Assembly: GCA_963764725.1 (NCBI GenBank)
Contig: CAVXTM010000011.1
Coordinates: forward strand, 288,001-352,000
Source: an uncultured Gammaproteobacteria bacterium
GTDB lineage: Bacteria > Pseudomonadota > Gammaproteobacteria > JACCXJ01
Direction of reading: 5' to 3'
DNA: 64,000 nucleotides
Every line of letters starts with the position of its first letter. Within the stretch, counting starts at the first letter, position 1. Shown piece by piece: positions 42,316 through 53,055 of this stretch. The notes under the pieces were generated by a model, which did no database searches, was not told the DNA's origin, and saw only the letters and a program-made list of their open reading frames with translations. The translations under genes were made by a program, and so were the position numbers.

Positions 42316-43512
42316 ATGACAGTCGCAGATCACATCATGCCTGCAAAACCCTTGGTGTTAAAGAAGGGCGAAGATCGGCGCCTACGCGCCGGTCATCTCT
42401 GGGTCTACAGCAATGAGGTGGATACGCATACGACGCCTTTGCACGCCCTTAGCCCCGGCGACAGCGTCACGGTGCTCACCAGCAGCGGTAAAGCCATGGG
42501 AGCGGGGTACGTGAATCCGCATTCGCTGATCTGCGCGCGCCTGTTGGACCGCGACCGTCCTTGGTCGGCGGCGCTGTGCAGAGAGCGCCTGAAGCGCGCG
42601 CTGGCCTTGCGCGAGCGCCTGTTCGACGAACCCTATTATCGCCTCGTGTACGCGGACACGGACGGTCTCCCTGGGCTCGTGGTCGATCGCTACGGTGCTC
42701 TCTTGGTGGCGCAATTCAATACGGCCGGGATGGAGAGGCGCCTGAGTGATGTCATCGATGCGTTGCGGGAGGTCCTCGATCCGAAGGCGATCCTGTTGCG
42801 CAATGATTCCCCGACCCGCCTCCTCGAAGGTCTCGACTTGTACGTTGAATTGGCGTTCGGTCAGGTGCCCGAGGAGATATGCCTCACGGAGCACGGCGTC
42901 CGGTTCTATGTCCCCGTGCTTAGCGCACAGAAAACCGGTTGGTATTACGATCAGCGCGCTAACCGCGCGCGGATGCTGTGCTATGTCAAAGGTGTGCGCG
43001 TCCTCGACGTATTTAGCTACGTAGGGGCATGGGGCGTCCAAGCGGCGTCCGCCGGCGCCCTTTCCGTGCAATCCATCGAGTCTTCAGCCGATGCGCTGCG
43101 CTATATCGAACGCAATGCGCGGGAAAATAACGTGCGGGTTGCGGCCATGCACGGCGAAGCCTTCGCGACGCTCAAGGCCTTGCAGTCCGCCGCGGAAATC
43201 TATGATGTGGTGATTTTGGATCCGCCTGCCTTTATTAAAAAGAAAAAAGATTTTGCCGAAGGGCTTTTGGCTTATCGGCGCCTCAACCAGTCGGCGCTCG
43301 GGCTCGTTCGGCACGGCGGGATCTTGATAACCGCCTCCTGCTCCTATCACCTCACGCACGAGGGCTTCGTGGATGTGTTGCGGCAAGCGTCACTGCGTGC
43401 CGGGCGGGAGATACAACTGTTGGAGCAAGGGCACCAATCGCCGGATCATCCCATTCACCCCGCGATCCCCGAGACCAATTATCTCAAGGCGGCGATTTGC
43501 AGGGTGCTCTGA
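42316..43512 (+). CDS. rlmI: 23S rRNA m5C1962 methyltransferase (RlmI-like)
   Basis: GHLWVYSNE, DGLPGLVVDRY, QKTGWYYDQR, LDPPAF. Confidence 0.85.
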   Translation: MTVADHIMPAKPLVLKKGEDRRLRAGHLWVYSNEVDTHTTPLHALSPGDSVTVLTSSGKAMGAGYVNPHSLICARLLDRDRPWSAALCRERLKRALALRERLFDEPYYRLVYADTDGLPGLVVDRYGALLVAQFNTAGMERRLSDVIDALREVLDPKAILLRNDSPTRLLEGLDLYVELAFGQVPEEICLTEHGVRFYVPVLSAQKTGWYYDQRANRARMLCYVKGVRVLDVFSYVGAWGVQAASAGALSVQSIESSADALRYIERNARENNVRVAAMHGEAFATLKALQSAAEIYDVVILDPPAFIKKKKDFAEGLLAYRRLNQSALGLVRHGGILITASCSYHLTHEGFVDVLRQASLRAGREIQLLEQGHQSPDHPIHPAIPETNYLKAAICRVL

Positions 43513-43590
43513 CACTGCCTGTTCGAGCCGAAGCGGCACACACGACTTGGTTAACCTCTTAATTAACGCGCGATTGGTGGTGGCGTCATC

Positions 43591-44226
43591 TTGCCAGTGA
43601 CTGACTTGACAACGGCCCACGGCTCCCATGATCTCGCCGGAAAGATCAATGCCCTGCTACCGCAGACACAGTGCCGTCGATGCGGGTATGCGGGATGCCG
43701 CTCTTATGCCGAGGCCATTGCCCGCGGCGAGGCCGGCATCAATCGATGTCCACCGGGTGGCAGCCATACGATCGAACGGCTTGCCGGCCTGCTAGGGCGC
43801 CGACCCCTACCTCTCGATCCTCGCTACGGCGCCGAGCAACCGCTCCGTACCGCGCGTGTCATCGAGGAGCTTTGTATCGGCTGTACGAAGTGTATACAAG
43901 CTTGCCCGGTGGATGCCATCCTCGGCGCGGCAAAGCACATGCACACCGTGCTTCAGGATCTCTGTACGGGCTGCGACTTATGCCTGCCGCCCTGCCCCAT
44001 GGATTGCATCGAAATGATCCCGGCCGGCCTCAATTGGGATCAAACGCACGCAGACGCCGCCCGCGCACGCTTCGAGGCCCGCAATGAGCGGCTCGCAATT
44101 CCTACCGAAAACGCGCCCGTAGCCGATGCCGCGGCGCGGCTGGCCGAGATCGAGCGTGATCCGCTTCGCCGCAAGGCCGAGATCGCCGCGGTGATCGCCA
44201 GGACGCGTAATCACCGATATCTGTAG
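43591..44226 (+). CDS. Stand-alone RnfB/RsxB-like Fe-S protein
   Basis: [14 protein letters not shown]...[31 protein letters not shown]; no other rnf genes nearby. Confidence 0.88.
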   Translation: MPVTDLTTAHGSHDLAGKINALLPQTQCRRCGYAGCRSYAEAIARGEAGINRCPPGGSHTIERLAGLLGRRPLPLDPRYGAEQPLRTARVIEELCIGCTKCIQACPVDAILGAAKHMHTVLQDLCTGCDLCLPPCPMDCIEMIPAGLNWDQTHADAARARFEARNERLAIPTENAPVADAAARLAEIERDPLRRKAEIAAVIARTRNHRYL

Positions 44227-44287
44227 TTTGTGTGATGCGTCCCGCCAGTGCTTGAGCCGAAAGCAGCTTGGCCGTGCCGCCCGTTTA

Positions 44288-44434
44288 GAGCTTGTGAAGA
44301 AATCGTAGCGAGCACCACGCCCGCCCGCGAGGCGCGCGGCGCGCAGGAACCGCAGTGTATATGGAAATACATGAGGATTCCGAGCACCGCGCAACGATGC
44401 GAGCGGGCTGCGCAGTAGATTTATTCACAAGCTC
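44288..44434. mobile_element. 147-bp MITE with 17-bp terminal inverted repeats and TTA duplication
   Basis: GAGCTTGTGAAGAAATC ... GATTTATTCACAAGCTC (16/17), flanked by TTA at 44285-44287 and 44435-44437. Confidence 0.85.
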
Positions 44435-45019
44435 TTAGCGCTCCGGTACCATCTGCGGAGAGGGGGTCATGCGCGCCGAGCCCGCTCCCGTGCGTTCGAG
44501 CGTCGGATCGAAGCGGTCGGTCACATTGGTGACGATGAATAATAACACCAATGCGATGCCTACCCCGGTGGCGAGATTGGTCGCCAGCGACGCCCGAAAC
44601 AAGTGGCCGGCGATCACGACGTTAACCAGAACCAGCGGAAAGATCACGACGTTTCTAAAACCCTGCACCAACGGGACATCCGGTATCAAGCTGATTAACC
44701 CCAGTGAAAAGATGATGGCCAACCCAAATCCCGAGGCGATACTGGTAAAGGCTGTCAGCATTTGGGGGGCCCGGAACGTCACTCCGCGCACCGCAAGCAA
44801 CAATACGATGATCCCCACCGTAATCGCGGTATCGGTTAATCCCATAATTACCGCCGATCCGATCGGCACTTTGTAGATATAAACGCCGAAGCGAATAAGC
44901 GTGTAGACAACAATGCTCGTGAGCAGCAATGCATAGGAGGCTGGGAGGTGCTGAGGACCTTTCTCAAGCCGAGTGATCCCAGCCAGCGTATCGACGAATG
45001 TTTTTACTGCATACAACAT
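44435..45019 (-). CDS. Hypothetical membrane protein
   Basis: GPQHLPAS motif followed by about 5 TM helices. Confidence 0.75.
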   Translation of the reverse strand: MLYAVKTFVDTLAGITRLEKGPQHLPASYALLLTSIVVYTLIRFGVYIYKVPIGSAVIMGLTDTAITVGIIVLLLAVRGVTFRAPQMLTAFTSIASGFGLAIIFSLGLISLIPDVPLVQGFRNVVIFPLVLVNVVIAGHLFRASLATNLATGVGIALVLLFIVTNVTDRFDPTLERTGAGSARMTPSPQMVPER

Positions 45020-45165
45020 ATCAAGTCCTCACATCAAGCCGGGCGGTGAAAACGCCGCGGCAAATCAGGTTGTAATCGCGTCCTTCACGCTTTCGCGTGC
45101 GCCGCAGGAAGGCGCGCGTTGCGTCCTGTAGTCTATGTCAAAAATCTTGGATTAGAAATGCTGAT

Positions 45166-46074
45166 CTAATACAAGCGCGTCACGCGATACCCAGCCCGCT
45201 CCAACAACGCCGGCACTCCTTTGTCCCCGACGAGGTGTAATGCGCCGAGCGCAACAAAGGTATTCCCCTCCTTCAGCCACGGCTGCACGCGTGCGGTCAT
45301 GCGGCGATTGCGTTTCCAAAGCAGGTTGTCCAGGAAGCGTTCGTAGTAGTGCGCCGGTCTGGTTTCATACTTGCCGGCAAGCGCCAGCAATCCCCCGAGG
45401 TCACGCTTTAGATATAACGCGGTCAGCGGCTCGAGGTCTTGCTGCAGTAGCTCGTAGTGGCAAACGGCATCCTTAAGCAAGGCTATTTGGTCTTCTAGGC
45501 GCAGACCACCCAATACCCCTGCCTGTTCCGCAAGCGACTCCAGACCCGAAATCGCCATCCCATTCGCCTTGGCTCGTTGCATTAACGCGAGATCGAGCGG
45601 TAGCAGGCTGGAAGGCGGAGGTACGCTGAGCGTCACATACGCGGCCCAAGGCTTGATGCGATGCGCGATTTCCGCCGTAATACCGTAACGGGCAAGAAGC
45701 GGTTCAGCCGCGCCTGCGAGTTCCGCGCCCACCTGCGCCTTGAATGAGGTAGCATCGCCGTAAAACATCAGCTTTGAGAATTCGGCGATGCCGGCCTCAT
45801 CGGGCACGGCCTCCATGACAAAGCGGCGGCTTTGCTCGAAGCTGGACGAGACCACTCGGGGCAAATCGAGCACGCGCCGATCGCCGAGATGAATCGTGCC
45901 GAAGATATGACTCGGTGGAACACCCGCTTTCGAGATGCGAAATAAAAGCCCCTCCGTATACTTGCCGACGGCAAAGGCGGCAGGCGTCGTGGCGGGCACG
46001 AGCGGTTTGCATTCGAGCGCCCGACACGGCCCCGCGAGACTCCAGAGCAGCGCAACGGCCAGCAACCGTTTCAT
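45166..46074 (-). CDS. TraB/GumN family protein
   Basis: Signal peptide, SHIFGTIHL, LD..L, GLES, RNRRM, FVALGALHL. Confidence 0.92.
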   Translation of the reverse strand: MKRLLAVALLWSLAGPCRALECKPLVPATTPAAFAVGKYTEGLLFRISKAGVPPSHIFGTIHLGDRRVLDLPRVVSSSFEQSRRFVMEAVPDEAGIAEFSKLMFYGDATSFKAQVGAELAGAAEPLLARYGITAEIAHRIKPWAAYVTLSVPPPSSLLPLDLALMQRAKANGMAISGLESLAEQAGVLGGLRLEDQIALLKDAVCHYELLQQDLEPLTALYLKRDLGGLLALAGKYETRPAHYYERFLDNLLWKRNRRMTARVQPWLKEGNTFVALGALHLVGDKGVPALLERAGYRVTRLY

Positions 46075-46081
46075 CGATAAA

Positions 46082-47113
46082 TCACGCCGCTGTCTCTTGG
46101 TTCGCCAAAGCGGCGACGGTCGCCCTGGCTGCGCGCCGGCGCTCTACCAGCGCTCGCTCGCTCCCCACCGCCCGGCCGCGCATGCGCGAAAGCCGCGCCT
46201 CACTTAGCGGTTCACGCAAGGCGCTCAATGCGTCCAGCGCCGCGGGCAGCGCCCCCGGTCGATTGCACATGAGCACCATATCGCAGCCGGCCGCGAGTGC
46301 GCGCTGCGCGCGTTCGCTGTGAGCACCGGCCCCACGGGCGCCCGCCATATCGATGTCATCGCTGAAGATGGCGCCCTGAAATCCGAGATCCTGCCGCAAC
46401 ACCTGCCGCAGCCATACCTCCGAGAAACCGGCGGGCACCGTGTCCACTTCGGGGTAAATGACATGCGCCGGCATGACGGCGTCTAGTCCCGCGCGAACCA
46501 AACCCGCGAACGGCGCTAGATCCGCGCTAGTTATCACCTCAAGGCTCCGGCCATCCACGGGAATCTCGCAATGGGAATCCGCCGCGACCGATCCGTGACC
46601 GGGAAAGTGTTTGCCGACACCCGCCATACCCGCCTCGTGCATTCCATCGAGATAGGCCTGAGCGAGCCTGGTGACCGTCCGCGGGTTTGTATGGAACGCC
46701 CGGTCTCCAATCACTTGACTCACCCCGATCCCAAGATCGAGCACGGGCGCAAAGCTGAAATCGACACCCAGGGTACGCAGCTCGATCGCCATGAGCCAAC
46801 CATATTCCCGAGCCATAGCCCGGGCGCGTTGCGGATCCTTGTCGTGGAGCCGGCCCAATGCCGCGCAGGGAGGCAGCGCGGTAAAACCAGGACGGAAACG
46901 TTGCACCCGCCCCCCTTCGTGGTCGACGGCCACGAGCAAGGGTGGATCGCGCACAGCATGCACCTCCGCGACAAGGCGCGCGAGCTGCTCGCGGTTGGCG
47001 TAATTGCGCGTGAAAAGGATCACGCCGCCCGCGGCCGGATGAACCAGCAGATCCCGTTCGACGGGCATCAGCTCGGGCCCCTGGAGATCGAACATGAGAG
47101 GACCTAATGGCAC
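46082..47113 (-). CDS. nagZ: Beta-N-acetylhexosaminidase
   Basis: [18 protein letters not shown]...DSH, FSDD. Confidence 0.97.
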   Translation of the reverse strand: MPLGPLMFDLQGPELMPVERDLLVHPAAGGVILFTRNYANREQLARLVAEVHAVRDPPLLVAVDHEGGRVQRFRPGFTALPPCAALGRLHDKDPQRARAMAREYGWLMAIELRTLGVDFSFAPVLDLGIGVSQVIGDRAFHTNPRTVTRLAQAYLDGMHEAGMAGVGKHFPGHGSVAADSHCEIPVDGRSLEVITSADLAPFAGLVRAGLDAVMPAHVIYPEVDTVPAGFSEVWLRQVLRQDLGFQGAIFSDDIDMAGARGAGAHSERAQRALAAGCDMVLMCNRPGALPAALDALSALREPLSEARLSRMRGRAVGSERALVERRRAARATVAALANQETAA

Positions 47114-47191
47114 GTGGATTTAGCTTGCATTTCGGGACACCGAGCACAACATAGGATATCCTATTTTCGCACGCAGCCGAGCGCCTGCACC

Positions 47192-47677
47192 ATGCATATC
47201 GAGATCAGACTGCGGCAACAAGAACTCTGGCTACTGTACGAGCGCAACATCGTTCGCGGCTATTCCGTCTCCACCGCCAAGAACGGTCCCGGAGAAATGG
47301 AAAACAGCGAATGCACACCGCGCGGGTGGCATGCGATCTGTGAAAAGATCGGCGCGGGTTGCGCGAGCGGCACGGTGTTCGTTGCCCGCCAACCGGATGG
47401 CAAGGTCTATATTCCCGAGTTTCGCACCCTCTATCCTGGAAAGGATTGGATCCTCACGCGCATACTGTGGTTAACCGGCTTACAGCCGGCCTTTAACCAG
47501 GGGGGTTCGGCCGACACTAAGAATCGCTTCATATACATTCACGGCGCCCCCGATGACGTCGCGATGGGCACACCGGGATCGCGCGGTTGCATTCGTATGC
47601 GTAACGCCGACATAATCGATCTCTTCGACCGAGTCGAGCTCGGTACCCGCGTCCTGATCCGGGATGATCCGCTCTAG
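47192..47677 (+). CDS. L,D-transpeptidase (YkuD) family protein
   Basis: VSTAKNG, TPRGWH, ILTRILWL, YIHG...SRGCIRM. Confidence 0.9.
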   Translation: MHIEIRLRQQELWLLYERNIVRGYSVSTAKNGPGEMENSECTPRGWHAICEKIGAGCASGTVFVARQPDGKVYIPEFRTLYPGKDWILTRILWLTGLQPAFNQGGSADTKNRFIYIHGAPDDVAMGTPGSRGCIRMRNADIIDLFDRVELGTRVLIRDDPL

Positions 47678-48440
47678 AGCCGACACCGAGCGGTGCGCGC
47701 GGCCGGCACGGGTCAAAGCGCTTAAGCGCCGCGTTGCCCGCACGCTCAGCAAACTTGCGAACGATCTGTTCTACTTGGTGTACCGCCCCGAGTGGTCCGC
47801 AGTTGACGAACTGATCACAAAGCATTCCGCTGACAGCAGCGACTTCTTCTTCGTGCAGATCGGCGCCAATGACGGCGTGACCCACGACTTCTTGCACAAC
47901 TACATTCGCGCGTATCGATGGCACGGCATCCTCGTCGAGCCTGTCCCGGCATACTGCGATCTCCTGCGCGCCCATTACCAAGGTGTTCCCGCTGTCGTCG
48001 TCGAGCAGTCGGCGATCTCGATCTCCGAGGGCACCCGAACTCTTTACCGCATCGATGATCCCGCCGCCGAGCTTCCGGCCTGGTCCAAAGGCCTCGCCTC
48101 GCTGCACCTCGACGTCATCAAGAAGCACCGTTGGGTGATTCCGGATCTGGAAGACGCGATCGTCGCTGAGCCGGTGCGGTGTATCACGCTTGCAACCTTA
48201 ATCCGCAAGCATCAGGTCGAGAAAATCGATCTCTTGTCCGTCGATACGGAAGGCCACGACTTCGAGGTAATCAAGCAGATCGACTTCGCGCGCTTTAGAC
48301 CGCGGATGATCATCTACGAGCATAAGCACCTGTGGCGCGAGACGAGGCGGCACTGCGAGAACCTGCTGACGGCCCAAGGCTATCAGCTTACGAAGCACCT
48401 GAGTAATACCTTGGCGTATCTACCTTTAATCCGCGACTGA
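47664..48440 (+). CDS. FkbM family methyltransferase
   Basis: FFVQIGANDG...W.GILVEP...IDLLSVDTEGHDFEVI. Confidence 0.88.
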   Translation: MIRSRADTERCARPARVKALKRRVARTLSKLANDLFYLVYRPEWSAVDELITKHSADSSDFFFVQIGANDGVTHDFLHNYIRAYRWHGILVEPVPAYCDLLRAHYQGVPAVVVEQSAISISEGTRTLYRIDDPAAELPAWSKGLASLHLDVIKKHRWVIPDLEDAIVAEPVRCITLATLIRKHQVEKIDLLSVDTEGHDFEVIKQIDFARFRPRMIIYEHKHLWRETRRHCENLLTAQGYQLTKHLSNTLAYLPLIRD

Positions 48441-49724
48441 TTGGTTTGCCGGCGGCTCCAGCAGGGGCATCAAAATCGCCATGACGCGGTCCACGGCGCC
48501 GCGGTTCTCGGCTACCACCGCTTGAGCGCGGCGCCCGGCGGTTGCACGCAAGTCGGGATCGGCGAGCAAGATCAGAAGCCGGGACAGAAGCTCGTCCGCA
48601 TCATTGATGACCCACGCGGCTTGGGAAGCGGTAAGAAGACCATACACGGCGGCGAAATTGAAGATATGCGGGCCGGTGACGATGGGGATCCCAAGGGCGG
48701 CGGGCTCGAGGGGATTGTGACCACCCACGGCGACGAGGCTGCCGCCCACGAAGGCCACCTCCGACAGCGCATAGAATAACGGCAGCTCTCCGATCGTGTC
48801 CGCGAGAAACACGTCCGGCCGCTCGCTCGAAGGGGCGGTGCGCCTTGCAGTTGCGAAGCCCCGCTGGCGGCAGAGATCAAAGACCTTTTCGAAACGCTCG
48901 GGGTGACGCGGCGCCAGCACCAGCAGCAGTCCGGGATCGCGCTGGCGCAGGACCGCGAACGCCGACAACACCGCCGCTTCTTCACCCTCGTGGGTGCTAG
49001 CGGCCATCCAAACCCGCCGGTCGGGAGCGAGCTCTTGCTTCAACCGCAAGGCACGGTTTTGGAGATCGCCCGGGGCAGTGACGTCGAACTTGATGTTTCC
49101 GGTTACATGCACCCGAGACTCGGCCGCGCCGAGCGCCATGAACCGCTCCGCATCTGCCCGCGACTGCGCGGCGACCGCGGTGACCGCCGCCAACATCCCG
49201 CGCATGCTGGCCGGCCAGCGCCGGTACCGGGAGAACGACCGCTCTGACAACCGTGCGTTGGCGATGACCACTGGGATCCACGCGCGGCGGCAGCAGTGCA
49301 ATAGGTTGGGCCAGAGCTCGGTTTCCATGATCACCAAGGCGGCGGGGCGAGCTCGTTCGATAAAGCGCGCTAACGCCGCGGGGAGATCGAAGGGCAGGTA
49401 GCAATGCCGCACCTCATCGCGAAATAGGCGCCGCACCATGGCCGCTCCGGTGGGGGTCGTGGTGGTCACCAAGATCGTGATCGGCGAGATGCGCGCCCGC
49501 AGTGCATGCACCAGCGCGGAAGCCGCTTGCGCCTCGCCGACCGAGACCGCATGTACCCACAGGTTGATTCCAGCCGTGGGGAGCGTCGGCACAAAGCCCA
49601 GGCGTTCCCGCCAGCGCTCCCGATAGCCACGATTGCGCACGCCCAAGAGCGCAAGCCGGACCAATAACAACGGCGTCAGGAGATAGAGGACGAGGGTATA
49701 GATCCGCTGCAAGCGTTCAGCCAA
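48426..49724 (-). CDS. waaA: Kdo transferase
   Basis: WVHAVSVGE, ETELWPN, ASTHEGEE, PRHPERF, GGHNPLEPA. Confidence 0.96.
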   Translation of the reverse strand: MAERLQRIYTLVLYLLTPLLLVRLALLGVRNRGYRERWRERLGFVPTLPTAGINLWVHAVSVGEAQAASALVHALRARISPITILVTTTTPTGAAMVRRLFRDEVRHCYLPFDLPAALARFIERARPAALVIMETELWPNLLHCCRRAWIPVVIANARLSERSFSRYRRWPASMRGMLAAVTAVAAQSRADAERFMALGAAESRVHVTGNIKFDVTAPGDLQNRALRLKQELAPDRRVWMAASTHEGEEAAVLSAFAVLRQRDPGLLLVLAPRHPERFEKVFDLCRQRGFATARRTAPSSERPDVFLADTIGELPLFYALSEVAFVGGSLVAVGGHNPLEPAALGIPIVTGPHIFNFAAVYGLLTASQAAWVINDADELLSRLLILLADPDLRATAGRRAQAVVAENRGAVDRVMAILMPLLEPPANQSVAD

Positions 49725-50653
49725 TTGAGGTATTTGCGCACGCCTTCTTCCAAGGCGAGAAAGGGGCGGTCGTAACCGAGCGCCCGGAGCGCGCCGAGAT
49801 CGGCCTCGGTAAACGCCTGATAATGGTCGATCAGCTCCTTGGGAAAGGGAATGTACTCTATCGCTCCTTTTCCGTGCCAGGCGATGACCGCCCGGGCTAA
49901 GTCATTAAACGAACGGCTGCGGCCGGTGCCGAGGTTGAAAATGCCCGAATGCTCACCATGCTCCAGGAACCATAGGCACGCGGCAACGACATCGTCGATG
50001 TAGACGAAATCGCGCCGCTGTTCGCCGTCGCCGAAGCCGTGGCTGGCGGAAAAAATCCGCACCGCGCCGTGCTCCCGCAACTGGCGATCGAGATGATAAA
50101 CGAGGCTCGCCATCGGTCCTTTATGGTCCTCGCCCGGGCCATAGACGTTAAAAAAACGCAGTCCCACCACCTGCGCCGGGAACGTTGGGAGCCGGCGCCG
50201 GACATAGTCATCCAAGAGCAGCTTGGAATACCCGTAAACGTTGAGCGGGGTCAGCGCGGCTTGCGATTCGGAAAACGTCTCACTGCACCCGTACACGGCC
50301 GCGCTCGAAGCGTAAACCATCCGTACTCCGTGTTCCAGGCAGTACTCGAGCAACTCCTTGGAATATTGATAGTTGTTGCGCAGCATGTAGCGCCCGTCCC
50401 AGAGGGTGGTTACAGTGCAGGCGCCGCAATGGAATACGATTTCGGGACAAACACCCAGCTTGCGATTGCATCGCAACTCGGCAATGAAATCATCCTTGTC
50501 CCAGTAATCCCGGATCCGACAGTGGGTTAGGTTTTTGAACTTCTCTCCGCGTTCGAGGTTATCGACCACCAGGATGTCATCGTGGCCATTGGCATTCAGC
50601 CCTTTAATGAGTCGACTGCCGATAAAACCGGCGCCGCCGGTGACCAGGATCAA
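49676..50653 (-). CDS. hldD: ADP-L-glycero-D-manno-heptose 6-epimerase
   Basis: VTGGAGFIGS, YASSAAVYG, PLNVYGYSK, HKGPMAS, YQAFTEAD. Confidence 0.95.
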   Translation of the reverse strand: MILVTGGAGFIGSRLIKGLNANGHDDILVVDNLERGEKFKNLTHCRIRDYWDKDDFIAELRCNRKLGVCPEIVFHCGACTVTTLWDGRYMLRNNYQYSKELLEYCLEHGVRMVYASSAAVYGCSETFSESQAALTPLNVYGYSKLLLDDYVRRRLPTFPAQVVGLRFFNVYGPGEDHKGPMASLVYHLDRQLREHGAVRIFSASHGFGDGEQRRDFVYIDDVVAACLWFLEHGEHSGIFNLGTGRSRSFNDLARAVIAWHGKGAIEYIPFPKELIDHYQAFTEADLGALRALGYDRPFLALEEGVRKYLNWLNACSGSIPSSSIS

Positions 50654-52086
50654 AGCGGCTCGGTCTCGCGCACGCGGGCCAACTCCGAGAGGATCCTCGA
50701 GGTCGAACACCCTTCTTGGTAACGCAGAGTCACCACCTGCCCGCCGGTGGCGATGACGCAGTCATGCCCCGCGATCTCCGTGACGGCATAGTCACCGCCC
50801 TTGACCAGCACGTCGGGCGAAACGCGGCAGATTAAACGCCTCGGGGTGTCTTCCGAGAACGGCACCACCCAATCCACCGGCTTCAGCGCCGCGAGGACCT
50901 CGATGCGTTGCTCGAGCGGATTCACCGGCCGGCCCAAGCCTTTGAGGCGGGCTACCGAGGCATCGTCGTTCACCGCGACGACCAAGCGGGATCCCAATTT
51001 CCGCGCCTCACCGAGATAGCGCACGTGACCCGCGTGCAACACATCGAAGCAACCGTTGGTCATGACGATGCGCTCGCCACGCCCGCGGGCGAGCGCGATG
51101 CGCTCGATTAAAGCCTCTTCGGTCACCACGGCGGCGTCGGTAGCGCCGGCCCCGTTCCAAGAAGCCTCGATCTCCGCTACCGTGACCGCCGCCGCGCCGA
51201 GCTTCGCCACGACCAAGCCGGCGGCTACGTTCGCCAGCGCGGTCGCGCGTTGCAGGTCGAACCGCGCGGCAAGACCCGTGGCCAAGACGGCAACTACCGT
51301 ATCCCCGGCGCCGGTGACATCGTACACGTCGCGCGCTTTGGCCTCCAGATGGCACGCTTCGCCGTGGCGCGGAACGAGCGTCATGCCGTGCTCTCCGCGC
51401 GTAACCAACAAAGCTTCGAGATCCATGGCGGAGCAGAGGTTGCGCGCCTTGAGGATGATCTCATCCTCGCTCGCGCAGGGACCGACAACAGCGCAGAATT
51501 CCTTCAGGTTCGGTGTCATGATAGTGGCGCCAGCATAGCGGGTAAAATCATGGCCCTTCGGGTCGACCACGACCGGCTTTCCGGCGTCGCGGGCGAGCTT
51601 TATTAGAGTATGCGCATCCATTAACGCCCCTTTGGCATAATCTGACAAAATCACGATGTCCGCGGCGGGAAGGTGATGACAAAAATCATGTGTAGGTCCA
51701 TCGCGCTTCGGTATGGCTGACGGATCCTCAAAATCGAGCCGTAGCAACTGTTGATGTTGGCTCAGCACGCGGAGTTTGGTGACCGTGGTGAATCCTTCCA
51801 CGCGGGTCAGGGCACAAATGACGCGGTGCTTTTGAAGCTGTTCCAAGACCCGATGCGCGGCCTCGTCGACGCCGGTGATCCCGATGAGCGTGACGCGGGC
51901 TCCAAGGCTGGCCACATTCACGGCGACGTTAGCGGCCCCGCCGGGACGATCCTCGCTGTCCGTGATGCGCACGACGGGTACCGGCGCCTCGGGCGACACA
52001 CGAGTGGTTGCTCCCGACCAGTACCGATCGAGAATGACATCGCCAACCACCAAAACCGAGGCGGTATGGAAGGAGAGGGATACCAT
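50650..52086 (-). CDS. hldE: Bifunctional heptose 7-phosphate kinase / heptose 1-phosphate adenyltransferase
   Basis: RVSPEAPVPV, DVTGAGDTV, TNGCFDVLHAGH, LVKGGDY. Confidence 0.96.
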   Translation of the reverse strand: MVSLSFHTASVLVVGDVILDRYWSGATTRVSPEAPVPVVRITDSEDRPGGAANVAVNVASLGARVTLIGITGVDEAAHRVLEQLQKHRVICALTRVEGFTTVTKLRVLSQHQQLLRLDFEDPSAIPKRDGPTHDFCHHLPAADIVILSDYAKGALMDAHTLIKLARDAGKPVVVDPKGHDFTRYAGATIMTPNLKEFCAVVGPCASEDEIILKARNLCSAMDLEALLVTRGEHGMTLVPRHGEACHLEAKARDVYDVTGAGDTVVAVLATGLAARFDLQRATALANVAAGLVVAKLGAAAVTVAEIEASWNGAGATDAAVVTEEALIERIALARGRGERIVMTNGCFDVLHAGHVRYLGEARKLGSRLVVAVNDDASVARLKGLGRPVNPLEQRIEVLAALKPVDWVVPFSEDTPRRLICRVSPDVLVKGGDYAVTEIAGHDCVIATGGQVVTLRYQEGCSTSRILSELARVRETEPL

Positions 52087-52275
52087 CGCTATCGGCTTGT
52101 CGTCGCTAAAGAGATCTAACAGCTCGAATGGACTACGGGAATAGTACCATACAGCCTGGCGGCGGTCGGCTAATAGAAGCATTTCGACTTCCCATCGTAG
52201 CCGACTTGCAGCGGCCACGAGATACTCTCTAGAGTGGTACCAACCTAACCGAATCGTTGGCCCTTAACTAAAGCC

Positions 52276-53013
52276 ATGCTTCGATCCTACCTCCGCGCGA
52301 CGGCTATCAACCTTCTCGTTTCGCTCACGGCGCTTGCTGAAATCCCGCAACCCTTCTCCGTCTCCTATTCGTTGCACACGAACGGTCTAAAGGTGGGCGA
52401 GTCCGTGCGTGTGCTCGAGAAAGACAAGAACGGGCGGTATGTTTTTCGTTCCGAAAGCCGCTCCAGCGGGATCATTGCGCTTTTTCTTAAGGATCATGTC
52501 ATCGAAAAAAGTACCTGGTTACTCTCCGGAGAAGACATCCATCCGCAGCGCTACGTCTATCGTCAAAGCGGCAGCAAAAACAGCGTCCAAACCGTACGTT
52601 TCGACTGGCGCGCCAAAACGATTGATAACCGCGAGGATAACAAGAGTTGGCGTTTACGCTTGACGCCGAACCTGCTCGACAAGTTGGCATACCAGATCGC
52701 CATCATGCGCGATCTGGCCGCCGGCCAACGCTCCCTCTCCTATCAAATTGTCGATGGCGGCGAGATCAAAGACTACCGTTTTGCGTATCTCGGGGAGGAA
52801 GTGGTGGACACGCCGCTCGGACAGATACGCGCCGTCAGACTCGAACGGCGGCAAGGAAAGAGTAAGCGTTCGACAACGTTCTGGTGCGCGATTCGGTGGC
52901 GGTATTTACCCGTGCGCGCGGACACCACTTTGAGAAACGGCAGGCGCATCACGGCGCTTATCGAGCGGGCAACGGGCATTCCCGCCCTGCGCGACGAACC
53001 AAACAGGCGCTGA
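52276..53013 (+). CDS. DUF3108 domain exported protein
   Basis: Signal peptide, FDW, DKLAYQ, GEEVVDTPLG, W.A....YLPVR. Confidence 0.85.
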   Translation: MLRSYLRATAINLLVSLTALAEIPQPFSVSYSLHTNGLKVGESVRVLEKDKNGRYVFRSESRSSGIIALFLKDHVIEKSTWLLSGEDIHPQRYVYRQSGSKNSVQTVRFDWRAKTIDNREDNKSWRLRLTPNLLDKLAYQIAIMRDLAAGQRSLSYQIVDGGEIKDYRFAYLGEEVVDTPLGQIRAVRLERRQGKSKRSTTFWCAIRWRYLPVRADTTLRNGRRITALIERATGIPALRDEPNRR

Positions 53014-53055
53014 GCGCGCAGGCTCGTGAAGCGGTGGCGGCCCGCTGCTCCGTAG

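Noticed and set aside
49676-49724. hldD/waaA 49-nt overlap as a frameshift
   Set aside because: Both proteins are complete; a simple C-terminal extension explains it
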